A stretch of 64,000 nt of DNA from Octopus bimaculoides (GCF_001194135.2 NC_068988.1:50606227-50670226), one strand, 5' to 3'. Numbered from the stretch's first letter, positions 1 through 56,681 are shown. Numbers and translations are program-made. The notes: generated from the letters alone by a model not told the origin.

Positions 1-152
1 GTTTGCAGTGATTTCTTTGTATTATAATATTACCTCCATGTAGCCTTAGTATCTGAAGGGGAATTACCAATAATGTGACATATATAAATTCCCAAACCCG
101 GTCATTTTTAATCCACTGTGCTAATAATATGTTGCAGGATCCATGCCAATCT

Positions 153-536
153 GTGGAGGCACAATGGCTCAGTGGTTAGGGCAGTGGACTCGCGGTCATA
201 GGATCGTGGTTTCGATTCCCAGACCAGGCGTTGTAAGTGTTTATTGATTGAAAACACCTAAAGCTCCACGAGGCTCCAGTAGGGGATGGTGGCGAACCCT
301 GCTGTACTCTTTCACCACAACTTTCTCTCACTCTTTCTTCCTGTTTCTGTTGTACCTGTATTTCAAAAGGGTCAGCCTTGTCACACTGTGTCATGCTGAA
401 TATCCCGGAGAACTATGTTAAGGGTACACGTGTCTGTGGAGTGCTCAGCCACTTGCACATTAATTTCACGAGCAAGCTGTTCCATTGATTGGATCAACTG
501 GAACCTTCGTCGTCGTAAGCAATGGAGTGCCAACAA
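153..536 (+). mobile_element. Full-length tRNA-derived SINE
   Basis: A box TGGCTCAGTGG, B box GGTTTCGATTCC; 12-bp TSD ccatgccaatct (141-152 and 537-548); same family as 63258-63644. Confidence 0.9.
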
Positions 537-885
537 CCATGCCAATCTGACATTTTATAAATGTTTGTGTTTTTATTTTGATGCATAAATTTAAAGCTGG
601 AAGAAGTAAATGAAAAGGAAAGGAAACAGAACTAAGACATGAAATAGGGATGGGAGAAACAATGAGACAGAAAGGCCCTTAAATCCTTACACTGCTCAAA
701 CAAACTTCATACCATTTTTTTGCACTGAGAGGGAGAAAAACCCTTTGTTATTGATTTAACAGTTCTTTGTATACCTTCCAATGTTAATAATAATAACAGA
801 AATATATTTTCTCTTTGTTTTTGTGTACATTTTATAATTCCTGTTTTTTTTAATATATATATATATATTTGTATCTCACATGTAG

Positions 886-45113
<44,228 letters not shown>

Positions 45114-45684
45114 ACTGTTTACTTCTCAGCTGGCTGACCTGTTCATACATACACACACACTGGACTAGGTTGTGTGTATGTATGTAACACTCATTTATGT
45201 GTATATATAAATATACTATATATATATAGTACAAGTGGAAAGATATATTTTTTTCAATGCGTAAGTACTGATAGAACAGTATATATAGGATAAAATCCTT
45301 ACAGAGCAGAAAAATCTATCAGCAACCAGCCAATCCTATATATGCCGTTCTATCAATACTTATGCATTGAAAAAAATATATCTTTCTACTTGTACTACAA
45401 TACATTTCAGTGCTTCAAAAACAAACTTAGTTTGTTCACATATGACGTAATATATATATATATATNNNNNNNNNNNNNNNNNNNNNNNNNNNNNNNNNNN
45501 NNNNNNNNNNNNNNNNNNNNNNNNNNNNNNNNNNNNNNNNNNNNNNNNNNNNNNNNNNNNNNNNNNNNNNNNNNNNNNNNNNNNNNNNNNNNNNNNNNNN
45601 NNNNNNNNNNNNNNNNNNNNNNNNNNNNNNNNNNNNNNNNNNNNNNNNNNNNNNNNNNNNNNNNNNNNNNNTTGAACAATGTAT

Positions 45685-45690
45685 AATAAA
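45685..45690 (+). promoter_or_regulatory. Possible MED23 polyadenylation signal
   Basis: AATAAA about 570 nt after the stop, just past an N gap; motif match only. Confidence 0.2.
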
Positions 45691-45787
45691 GACATGAATG
45701 AACATTGTAGATATGAATATATCTTCTATCCACATTGACCCATACCATGCTTGGGTAAGTTTATTGGTACGTACGTGTGTTTTTTTT

Positions 45788-45870
<83 letters not shown>

Positions 45871-48272
45871 GTATGTGTGTGTATATATATGAAGGGTTTC
45901 TTTTTAGTTTCCACTTAGCAAATTCACTCATAAGGTGCTGCACACTAGGACTGGCTATAAAACCATCCGGTTGTACAACAAATTTCTTAACCACACAGTC
46001 TCATATATATGTGTATGTGTGTATATATATGTATATATATTCATATATATATATATATATATATATATCTATATATATATATATACATGCACATATGCAC
46101 ACACACACACATATATATATATCTGTGTTTTATGTGCATGTGTATATATCATCATCATCATCATTTAATGTTTGTTTTCCATGCTGGCATGGTTTGGATT
46201 GTTTGACAGGATCTGGCAAGCCAAAGGAATGCATTGAACTCCTATGTCAGTTTCAGCATGGTGGCTATAGCTGGATGACCTTCCTAATGTCAACCACTTT
46301 ACAGTGTGTACTGGGTGCCTTTTTTTTTTTTATACCATAGGCTCTATTGAGTTCCCCAAGTAATTTGCAAGAGAAGAAAAGAAAAGGAAAAAGACTTCTC
46401 AACTAAGTGGGGTGTATGTAGTTGAAGTGGTGGTGAGCGCTATACTAGGTATTGAGAAGCTGAAAAATGATAGAGGGACAAGCACAACTGTCTTGCTATA
46501 GAGGAGATACATGGCTACCCTGTGTTATGTAAGTGTAGGTGGGAGTAGCTGAGAAGAAAATAAAAATGAGTGATGACGTACTAGAACAAACTCTAAAGGC
46601 ACAGGTAGGTGAGTTTAAAAGAGGGTACATGGTATAGACAGTGGATCAGTAGGGAAGGTGAAGGTGAGTAATTTCTTAAGAGTGTGAGAAGAAAGTAATA
46701 GGTGGTTAGAGATAGGGGTGGAGGTGAATGTGAGTGATGAGCAAGAGTGGAGGTAAAGTTGATTGGAAACATCAGTATGGAGATGGGGGTAGGGCAGTTA
46801 AAGTGAGGGAGGTAGAAGCAACTCTGTGCAAGGAATAAGGATGGGAAGAAAAGAGCTGCACAGTGACAAAGATGGAGGTCAGAGGTATATAATGCTGACT
46901 GTAGTGAGTGGGGTAGCAATGGGGTTGGAGTTGGGACAGCGGTCTTTGATGGCAAATACACAAGAGCATTGAAGATAATAGCAGATATGAGAGGTGTTAA
47001 AGATGAAGTGTGGCAAGATTAAGATGGCTTGTATTCTCAGCTAACCACTTGCCAATATGAGATTTGTCACCTCCAGTACATAGAAGTACATCCCATTGAC
47101 AAGGCTCAACAAAGCTGAAATGCATTGGGTATTCTCGTTAGCTGCTGCTAGGATGATTTTTTTCTCCAATATACTATTTTTAAATGCAGCACATCCACAT
47201 GAGATGTTATCTTTGGATGAGTAACTTAGTAAATTTGCTTTTCAAAAATGTATTCACATTTAGTATGATACATAAATGACTATTTTAATTTAATAATGCT
47301 TCTCTTGCAAATGATGGATATTTATTCAACTGGACAGCTATCAGCAACATCAGTGAACATTTTTCATTGCTTCCGATATATCTGATGTGACAAATCTTGT
47401 ATAGGTATGTGGTTGACTGTGAGTACACATCATTGATAAGACCAGTAAGGCTGAAATGCATCTAGCATTCTTGCAAGCAACTGCTGGGATGATTTCCATC
47501 TTCCTCTGACATATATTGTGGTTTAAATACAACACGTCCATAGGAGATGTTATCTTTGGATGAATGCTGTAATAAATTTGCGTTTCAAAAATTTATTTAC
47601 ATTGTGTCTGATACATCATTTAATACAACTTCTATTGTATACAATGGATATATAAATATAATATATGCATATATTTATGTATACAGTAAGTACAGGTGTG
47701 GCTGTGTGGTTAAGAAGCTTGCATCTCAACCAGATGGTTTTGGGTTCAGTCCTACTGTGTGGTACTCCCTGGGCAAATGTACTATAGCCTCAGGCTGACC
47801 AAAGCTTTGTGAGTGGATTTGGTTGAAGAAACTGTATTGTATACACACACACATATGCACGTGTGTGTGAGTGAGTGTATAGTGTTTCTTTGTTTCAACA
47901 TCACATGATAGTTGTGAAATGATTGTCACCATCTTACAAGCATTATCATTCATTTCTACACTTCTACGAGAACATGTTTGGCCATAGAGAAATATAACCT
48001 TATTTGGAAACAGGTGAGAGTTGGCATCCAACTATAGAAAATCTGCCTTAATAATTCTGTCCAGCACATGTAAGTCTGGAAAATTGAACTTTAAAAGGAT
48101 AATGATCTATATGAAAATTTCTGATCTAGGAGACAAGAAATCCAAAGAGGATTTTATATGAGTTAAATATAACCGTAGAACAAATAAAATCACTGTATAT
48201 GTACACACACACTCAAGCACACACACACATGCACATCTGTCTGTCTATCTATTTATCTATCTATATCTATCA

Positions 48273-48306
<34 letters not shown>

Positions 48307-50249
48307 TTACTTAGGAGAAGCACTTGCCTTGCAGTTGATTTGTTCTGAGACCATGTGTTGAAACTATAACAGTTGCTGTGTGGAAAAAAAACATAGCCAT
48401 TCTAAAACACATGAAACCTGCAGTGGAACTATGTCCGTGACCAGGTTGCAGTAAACATGATGAAAATTTTAACACCAAGTAATAAATGTTTAAGTTAACA
48501 GTTTTTGTGTGTGTTTGAATGGTTAATATGTCTTCTACATTATAATTGTCATGTATATATATAATAGTGTATAAGCAATTTATGTATTTATACACAAAAG
48601 TGGTGACCTTTGACAGGACACCTTACATGCTAGAAAGGGCAGTTAAAGCCCAAACCATGAATAAGGGCAATTTCAAAGAGAATGAAAATAAAAAATATTT
48701 GTAGCCACCGATATGAAAATTTTTCTAAATTTTCTACCCTTATTATTTTCATGGTATATATATATATACCATAGATCTATTACTTCCATCATAGGAATAA
48801 GATTAAGATTAATGTAATATAAAGCTGAAGCAAATTAACACCAAATATACAGTGCGTGTGTTTTTATTGGCTAAACTGGCAATATGACCATCCCCAAGTA
48901 CAACAATATATATATATATACCTACATATATTTATATAATGGAGATACATCATTATTTTATGTCCATTTTCCATGCAGACATGGAATAGGAGGATTCAAC
49001 AGGATTCAGTAGGTTCCAAGTTTACGTCTTGTTGCAATGTCTCATTTTTGGCTTGATTTCTATAGTTGGATGCCCTCCCTAATACCAGCTACTTTACAGA
49101 GTATAACGGGTGCATTTTTTTTTCTTGGCACTAGCATTATAGACCTTGCATTGTAGTTTGCTAAGTGAAGAGTTCCTATGATGGAAGTAATAGATCTATT
49201 GTGAAAGGATAGTAATGGAGAGAATATCAGAGGATACAGCATCAGGATGAGAGTAAAAGAGAATCACACACGTACATACACATACATTCATATGCACACC
49301 AACTCCTCTCTACCAAATATTTTGGCTTTGTGTCTAAGGAATTCTTAGGGGTAACAGGTTGCCGGAATGGTTAGAGTAGCAGAAAAAAAATGTTTTGCTG
49401 CCTTAATTCTGCATTGTTACCTTCTGAGTTCAAATCCTGCCAAGTTCAAATTTTCCTGTCATCTTTTCAAAGTTCATCAAATATAGTATCATTCAAGTAC
49501 TGAGGTTGACGTAATCAACTAGCCTCCTCCTTTGAAAATTGCTAGTCTTGGGCCTAAATGAGAAACAGTTATTATTGTAATTATTAGCAAGAAGCAAGCT
49601 GCTGACAGTTGAGTATACAGCTTGGTTATGATTTCTGGTGTCGTCCCCTTTCTCTTCATTAACACATAAAATAAGTTTAAGCCTCATTCCAATTAAAAAA
49701 AGGAAAACATTTTATTTTATAAGTGTCTGATAGCAGATTTTTAACTGCAACACGACATCTTTTGGCCTCCAGCATAGTTCATCATCATCATCATTGTCAT
49801 CATTGTTGTCATCATCATCATGGTTTTATTTTAGTTACTATTCATTTGTTTCTCTATTTCACTTGTCATCCATTTTTGTTTTTTTTTTGGTGGGGGAGGA
49901 TGTCTGAAGGAAAAATGTATATTATGATGGTAATAATAAGTACATAATAATAATGTATAATTCTTAAAAATATAAATCTTTTTTGTTTGTTTTTCTTTTT
50001 AGTTGATAGCTTTTGTGTTATTTTAAGTTGTTCATCCTTTGATGTGTGTTAACTAATAAATATCAAAACATAGCAATGATGCTCCATTTGCAGAAATGTC
50101 AAAATAAAATATTTCAGGTGAGAGCAGCCGAACATCACAACCCAAGAAATATACATCGAATAAATGAAGCTTACCACCACTCACAACAACAAATATAACC
50201 ATTCATACTATAGCCACCAATAATCCTACATATACTACCTGATAAAATA

Positions 50250-51558
50250 CAGGGTTGGCATGGTTAGAATGCCTTTGCTGGGCTCCTTAGAGGAATTTTG
50301 ATAAATTCTTTAAATAAAAACCTATTTTAGTCCTTTCAGCAATGATGACAGAGAAAAGTTGCTCTTCACTTGCTGCTCAAAATGCACCATAAATGTTTGA
50401 TTACTACACTCTATGAGTGGTTGGCGTTAGGAAGGGCATCCAGCTGTAGAAACTCTGCCAAATTAGATTGGAGCCTGGTGTTGCCATCCGGTTTCACCAG
50501 TCCTCAGTCAAATCGTCCAACCCATGCTAGCATGGAAAGCGGACGTTAAACGATGATGATGAGATCTGGTGATTGTGGAGGCTAGTGCAAGTAGTTTAAT
50601 TCCCTTTTGTGTTCTTCGTATAAATTTTGAATAACATTAACTGTGTGAATCGGTGCATTATCATCCTGGAAGATTATGCTATCATAAAGGCATGATATAT
50701 CATAGAATGGACATGATCATCAAAAATACTCAGATTAGTCTTAGTGTTATTTCTACCATGGTAGAACAATTGAAGGACAGAGAATTTTGTGGTATGGTTA
50801 CCCAAAATCATAACAAAACTGCATTTCATGGTACGAGCCACATAGTCAAGATTCAAGGCTTCTTTGGGCTGTCTTCAGACATGAACTCACTCTGAAATGG
50901 GGAAAAACTGAATGATGATTCATCAGAGATGACATCAACTAAGCCATTGACCATTTCTAATTGTCTAAACACCATTTTTCCTGCTTATCAATGTTGATGG
51001 GTGGGGGTTGGGACATAAGGGGTTAGCAGTTTTAGCCCTCCCAGTGTATCAAGCTTTACAGAACTCACAACTAAAATGTTTGGTTGATACATGGTGGTCA
51101 AGTTGGTGGTTTAGCTCTATCATCACTTTTCTTGCCAAAACTCAATGGTTTTTAGTTACAATATGTTTCACTATTTTGTGATCCCTTTCTTTGAGCTTTG
51201 CCTTCTGTCCAGAATTATGCTTACCAGAGCTAGTTTTACCTTAGTTTTTGAATGCCACCATGTCTTCAGAGACTTACTTTTTAAAACATTAAACAATTTA
51301 GCAGTTTAAGTAACTGAAGCCCATCTGCAAACCCAACGAGTTGTCCTCTTTGGAAATCAGATAGGTCACACATTTCAACTTGATTAAATTTTAAAATCTG
51401 CACCCTGCCACACACAACAAACAACAGAGGCTATATTATGAAGTACAAAGCAGAATGCATACATATACAGACTAGAACAATATTGAATTTGGCAAATTGC
51501 CACTAGAAAAAAAAACAATTAAATAAAAAGTGGTTTTTCCATTATTTCGCCCAACCCC
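50250..51558 (-). mobile_element. Near full-length Tc1-family (DD34E) transposase pseudogene, interrupted by a SINE
   Basis: ATG at 51373: MCDLSDFQRGQL...GKTSSGKHNSGQK...HVSTK; VISDESSFS; FQDDNAPIHT; PPQSPDL-[SINE]-IKHLWCIL; TIR-like end ggtttttccattatttcgcccaacccc+TA. Confidence 0.85.
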
Positions 51559-52718
51559 TATATATGTATATATATAGGGGTTCCAGACTGGTAGTGCAAA
51601 CTCTAAGTGTAGACATACCATAGTCATACATGGTTTTAAATATTTAAATAGATAGCAGGAGAGCGGCTGACAAAGGTCTTACTGAGTGACGCTTAGACAC
51701 CCTCAGCCTTTTGGACAATCTTAGAGATGTGGTTTGTCCAACACAGATTGCTGTTTAAAATTGAAAAAAAAAAGGCAACCTCAGCATAAACAACAAAAAC
51801 GTTATTATCGTCATCATCCCACTTTTGTCAATAATCTTCTATTGTAAGGTATTTAAAACTATTTACATTTTTTATTATCTTACTACAATGATGCTGAGAG
51901 GATATCAAAAGAACAAAACATTAACAGCAATAGTATTTAAAAATAGCCACCATGAAAGCAACTAGTCAGAGACCTCTACCACCACCACCATTACTACTGC
52001 TACTACTGAGAAAATTTGCAGAATTCTCATGCGATTTTCATGAAATAATCATATTTGTTTTGTTTTATAGACATACAAATATCGTGGCATTAGGTCGCAG
52101 TTTACAATGTTGATAAGTCTCAACAACAACAATTGATACTTTATCCTTTGTAATATATCGCATCTGTGGCAAAGCCTTTGACCTCCGTATGACCGAGTCT
52201 TGCTCTTGTTTAGTCCCCGGATCAAGCCTGATTAGGTACACCTACCAATGTACAACTTTGAACATATATTTAGAAAGAACAAAGTATATATAATAAAGGG
52301 GAGGGGAATTTCATTCGAGTATACGTTACAATTTAGTAAGCATGAAAAATCTAATTAAAAGTAATTACGCAATGAAAAAAGGGTACGATTAATACTATTT
52401 TAATTATGCCGGTGAATACGGAGGACAACTCTGGATAAATTCCGATTTTATTTGACCGACCAAGAGAAGAATAAACTTCCCGTGCCAGTCGAAGTAATGA
52501 TGAGAGAATCGTTACGTAGATATAGATTATTGCTCACATGTAGCCATGAAAATGAACGCAGACGTGGTTGTGTAGTAAGAAGCTAGCTTCCCAACCACAT
52601 GGTTCCGGGTTCATTCCCACTGTGGCATCTTGGGCAAGTGTCTTCTACTATAGCTTCGAGCTGACCAAAACCTTGTGAGTGGAATTGATAGACGGAAACT
52701 TAAAAGAAGTCCGTCGTG

Positions 52719-52757
<39 letters not shown>

Positions 52758-52759
<2 letters not shown>

Positions 52760-53930
52760 TGACCCAACTTTTCGTCGGATGTCACTTTGTCCAACGTCGT
52801 TTCGTCCACATGTCTTGGTCCGATGATCTTTTTGTCCAACGACTTTTTGCCCAATTTTAAATAAACTCTTTAGAAAACAAGGTGAACATCAAAATCAAAT
52901 AATCATTGAGAATTTTATTGATATGCTTCAAGTAAAATACTGTGGAAAAATGTATTGAAAAAAAGTAATTTAAAAAAAATACGATATAACTAATGGTTTA
53001 TTATGATCACTTAANNNNNNNNNNNNNNNNNNNNNNNNNNNNNNNNNNNNNNNNNNNNNNNNNNNNNNNNNNNNNNNNNNNNNNNNNNNNNNNNNNNNNN
53101 NNNNNNNNNNNNNNNNNNNNNNNNNNNNNNNNNNNNNNNNNNNNNNNNNNNNNNNNNNNNNNNNNNNNNNNNNNNNNNNNNNNNNNNCCCCGCAGCATTA
53201 TTTATTTCGGGAAGATCTTGAAAAATACGCTGATTAACATTCCATACAGCTATCGGGAATGTAGGTGGTTCTTTCCTTCGTCCAACACCACGTCCTCTCA
53301 CAACGCCTATGTAAGTCAAGTCGAAGTAAGAGATGAATTCAGCAGGTATTTCTTCGTCGTCTATTAATTTTTCGACATCTTCAACGGGTAGGAAAGCTAA
53401 TGCTGAGAAACATCGAATTTTAAGAGAGAATTCAGTCTTTATTGTATTTTTCTTTGAGGCTTAAATCTGTAACTTTTCGAAATATGAAATGAAACAAACA
53501 TGCCATGATAGATGAATTAAGGAATGATGAATTAAATGCCTTATGAACTACAACTTTGAAATCTGCCATGAGATCAGGCGGATATGCATCAGGTTGCATA
53601 ATTTTCAATTGCTCGAAAAATAATTCGTATGTCTACTTTGATTTGTTCGGCAGTAATATAAAGACCTGTGGAGAACTGTTACCTTTAACTTGTACATGCA
53701 TGCTAAACAGTTGAAACCACTGATCTGGCACAATTTTGAACGTTCCATCACACGCCTAATGTCAATATGATGCTATATCCTGAAGAGAAATTTCTGATGC
53801 AAATACTAGTATGCGCTGTTGATCATCGATACCTGAATCGTATCTCAGAAACTGTTAGCCATTATCAAGTTTACAATATTCTTCAGGTATTTCAAAACCA
53901 GTTCTATCTCTTGGATTAGTAGATTAAAAG
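52758..53930 (-). mobile_element. MULE (Mutator-like) transposase fragment with a repeat-rich terminus; spans an N gap
   Basis: EIPEEY...FLRYDSG...RILVFAS...ACDGTFKIVP..FQLFSMH...LLPNKS...MADFK...CLFH...ALAFLPVEDV...TYIG...FPIAVWNV...LPEINNAA; 15-bp-period gtcc repeats at 52774-52852. Confidence 0.85.
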
Positions 53931-53971
53931 TAGATAATAATAATAATAATAATAATGATGATGATGATAAT

Positions 53972-55095
53972 ATTAGCTGCACAACTCAACACCTTGTTAA
54001 ATGTCGACCAAGTAACACCAGAGTGGTTGACAATGGGTAGGACAGTGCTGTGCTTGAAAAACATCGAAAAAGGCAATACGGTAGACAATTACGGGCCGAT
54101 ATCCTGCTTGCCACTTATGTGGAAATTATTGACTGAAATAGTCGCAGAGTCAATGTACGGACATCTGGGAAAAAAATGGAGGCCTGCCACATGAGCAGAA
54201 GGGTTGCAAGCGTAAGTGCAGAGGTACCAAGGGTCAACTCCTAGTAGACAAAACTATACTTAGAGACTGCATGAGGAGGAAAACTAACTTAGCCATGTTA
54301 TGGATCGATTATCGTAAGGCGTACGATATGATCCCACATTCTTGGATTATGGAATGTATGAACCTATTTGGTATTCCATCGAATGTTGAGCGATTGCTTG
54401 GGAAAAGTATGGCGAAGTGGAGGACAGAACTGACAGCATATAGAAGTTTAGGGACAATAGGAATCAGGAGAGGCATCTTCCAAGGGGACTGCCTGTCCCC
54501 ACTGATCTTTGTACTGTGCAAGATACCACTAACATTGATTCTACGGAAAGCAAAAGCTGGGTATGTATTCAAGAGCCGCCAACAAAAAGTCAACCACTTG
54601 TTATTCATGGATGACCTCAAACTTTATGGTAATGAATTTCAAGTCAGCTCCATCGTTGATGCGGTGTATACTTTCAGTGCTGATATCAGAATGGAGTTCG
54701 GACTGAAAAAGTGAGGTGGACGGGCTAGCGATACCGCCGGGGGAAGTTATGAAGCAGATGGAAGAGACGGGCTACAAGTACTTGGAGATACTGGAAATAA
54801 TAAATTGACGGAGAAAGAAATGACAGAAAAATTTAAGGTGGAGTACTTGCGCAGACTGAGACTGATCCTTAAGTCAAAATTAAACGGACGGAATAAGATT
54901 GAAGCTGTCCACACCTGGGTGGTTTCCCTCATTAGATATGGAGTAGGGGTGATCGCATGGACAGTAGATGAACTAAACAGCTTAGACAGAGAAACAAGGA
55001 AGTTGCTGACTAGATATGGGATACTCTACCCAAAAAGTGACATAGACAGACTGATTGGATGCGGATACAACATTAGAACAGAAGAATAGAACATA
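53972..55095 (+). mobile_element. R4/Dong-clade non-LTR retrotransposon RT fragment, truncated at both ends
   Basis: [16 protein letters not shown]; [20 protein letters not shown]; [16 protein letters not shown]; [13 protein letters not shown]; [12 protein letters not shown]; GYKYLG; LKSKLNGRNKI; PKSDIDRL; small deletions. Confidence 0.88.
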
Positions 55096-55229
55096 GCATA
55101 GAGTTGCAAAACACATTTCCTAGAAGCACGTAGCGATATTTGTAATTGTTGAAAAACATCAGTATCTCCGGTATCTGAATGTTCCTGGCGGTTCTTTGCA
55201 TGATGTGGGTATAATCCCTTCCTCTAGAC

Positions 55230-55584
55230 CAGTGATTCTTAACCGGAATCCATATGGCCCCTGAGGCTCCATATAAGAATTTTGATGGGGTCCACGCAAC
55301 AAAATAATAAATTGAAGTTCCACCATAGCATTTTAGAGCCCTTGAAAAAAACAAAATTTTTTTTCAGATGTATGGAGTGGTATATATTGCAAGAAACAGC
55401 TAAATTTTTTCTGTAGCATTTTACAATGTTCAACCTAAAGAAGTTAATGACTGAAAAGCAAAATAGGAATTTTGAAAGAAGTTTCTATAAAACCAGTTTT
55501 TAAACCTTGAACAGCTATGGGGGTCTAACAGAATAAAATTGTAATCAAAGGGGTCCCGAGATAAAAAATGGTTGAGAACCCCTG
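55230..55584. mobile_element. hAT-type MITE
   Basis: TIRs cagtgattcttaacc / ggttgagaacccctg; TSD ctctagac/ctctcgac (7 of 8 match). Confidence 0.85.
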
Positions 55585-56387
55585 CTCTCGACTAAACAAT
55601 TTTAAAATGCGCTTTGATCACGGATACACGGTTGATTTGGTGATGAAGAGACATGAATTTCCTAAAATAGACAACACAATAGTAACCATATTTGCGTAGT
55701 AAACTTAATCCATCGGTTTATAAATATTCGAAGTATATACTGCTTATGCATGTACATGCATGTATAAACACACATTTCCCCACTTGTACAAACGACAATA
55801 GTGGCAACAAATGTTGCTATAGTGAAGTTCTTAATTCTTCAGATGCTATTGAGGCAAAATTGGTCAAGCGGGACAAAGCTTCGTATATAAGGGTCATGTT
55901 CATTCTTATTTATAGACAAAACACTCACAAGTCTTGATCTGTATACAGACGAACTCACCGTTTGCTGGAAAGTAAGTTTTCTTCCTTTAATAATGGGAGA
56001 TTCTGTTTCCTATTTGTTTTTACTTCTTGTATTTTGCTTCTGATACGTTAATATATATATAACCATAAAGATATGCTGTGTGACATTCTAAAATAAAAGG
56101 AAATAAATTTTTAGGATATACCAGTCTCCATATTCCCTATAGTTATATTTAGTGCTAATAATATACACTCCAGATAATATTACCATCCAATGGAGCGAAC
56201 ACGAAATTACCCATCGGAAGAATTTACTGCTTGAGTGACAACTTCTAGTAGTCATACACTTTAAATATTAATCGATGCGGTTATCGGCAACCTGGAACAT
56301 AACTGAGAGCTACCACAGTATCTGCCCGGATTATATATCCCTCTAAACTCACACACACACATGTATGTATGTAACTCTCTCTCAATC

Positions 56388-56429
<42 letters not shown>

Positions 56430-56617
56430 TGCGTATGTATATATATATATATATATATTTATAAAAGAACGTTGACCACTAACGTGGACAATTAATGTGC
56501 TAGAAATAGATCACATCTTGTGTCTATTAAGACCTAAATTGTTCTCAACATGAAATATAGCAGCATACCAAAACGTGAGCGGGCAAGACATTTAAAATCA
56601 CCTAAAAAAGCATTCTT

Positions 56618-56681
56618 AAACAGGTACCGGTTTCGGATTTAACAAATCTTACCGATTGTCCATTCCTCTTCAGCCTGATTT
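56618..56681 (-). ncRNA. Minimal type I hammerhead ribozyme with intact core
   Basis: aaatcagg CTGAAGA GGA-(extended stem II)-TCC GAAA CCG GTA cctgttt: all core nucleotides present, palindromic helix III ACCGGT, GUA cleavage triplet, stem I cagg/cctg. Confidence 0.75.

Noticed and set aside
157-232. tRNA-like sequence with A and B boxes
   Set aside because: It is the head of a SINE: it runs straight into a 300-bp body and is bounded by a TSD. Not counted as a tRNA gene; the same holds at 63565-63644.
47041-47160. Minus-strand peptide IILAAANENTQCISALL, vaguely ankyrin-like
   Set aside because: No TPLH-type motif, the frame is not shared cleanly with the duplicate copy, and there are no splice signals. 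Chance similarity is likely.
55095-55700. Possible continuation of the MULE or R4 element beyond the RT fragment
   Set aside because: After removing the hAT MITE I found no recognisable motif in any frame.
55949-55971. Possible 23-nt plus-strand exon (acag|...ELTVCWK|gtaagt)
   Set aside because: The same stretch also holds a minus-strand GTGAGT donor, and there is no homology or duplicate to support either reading.
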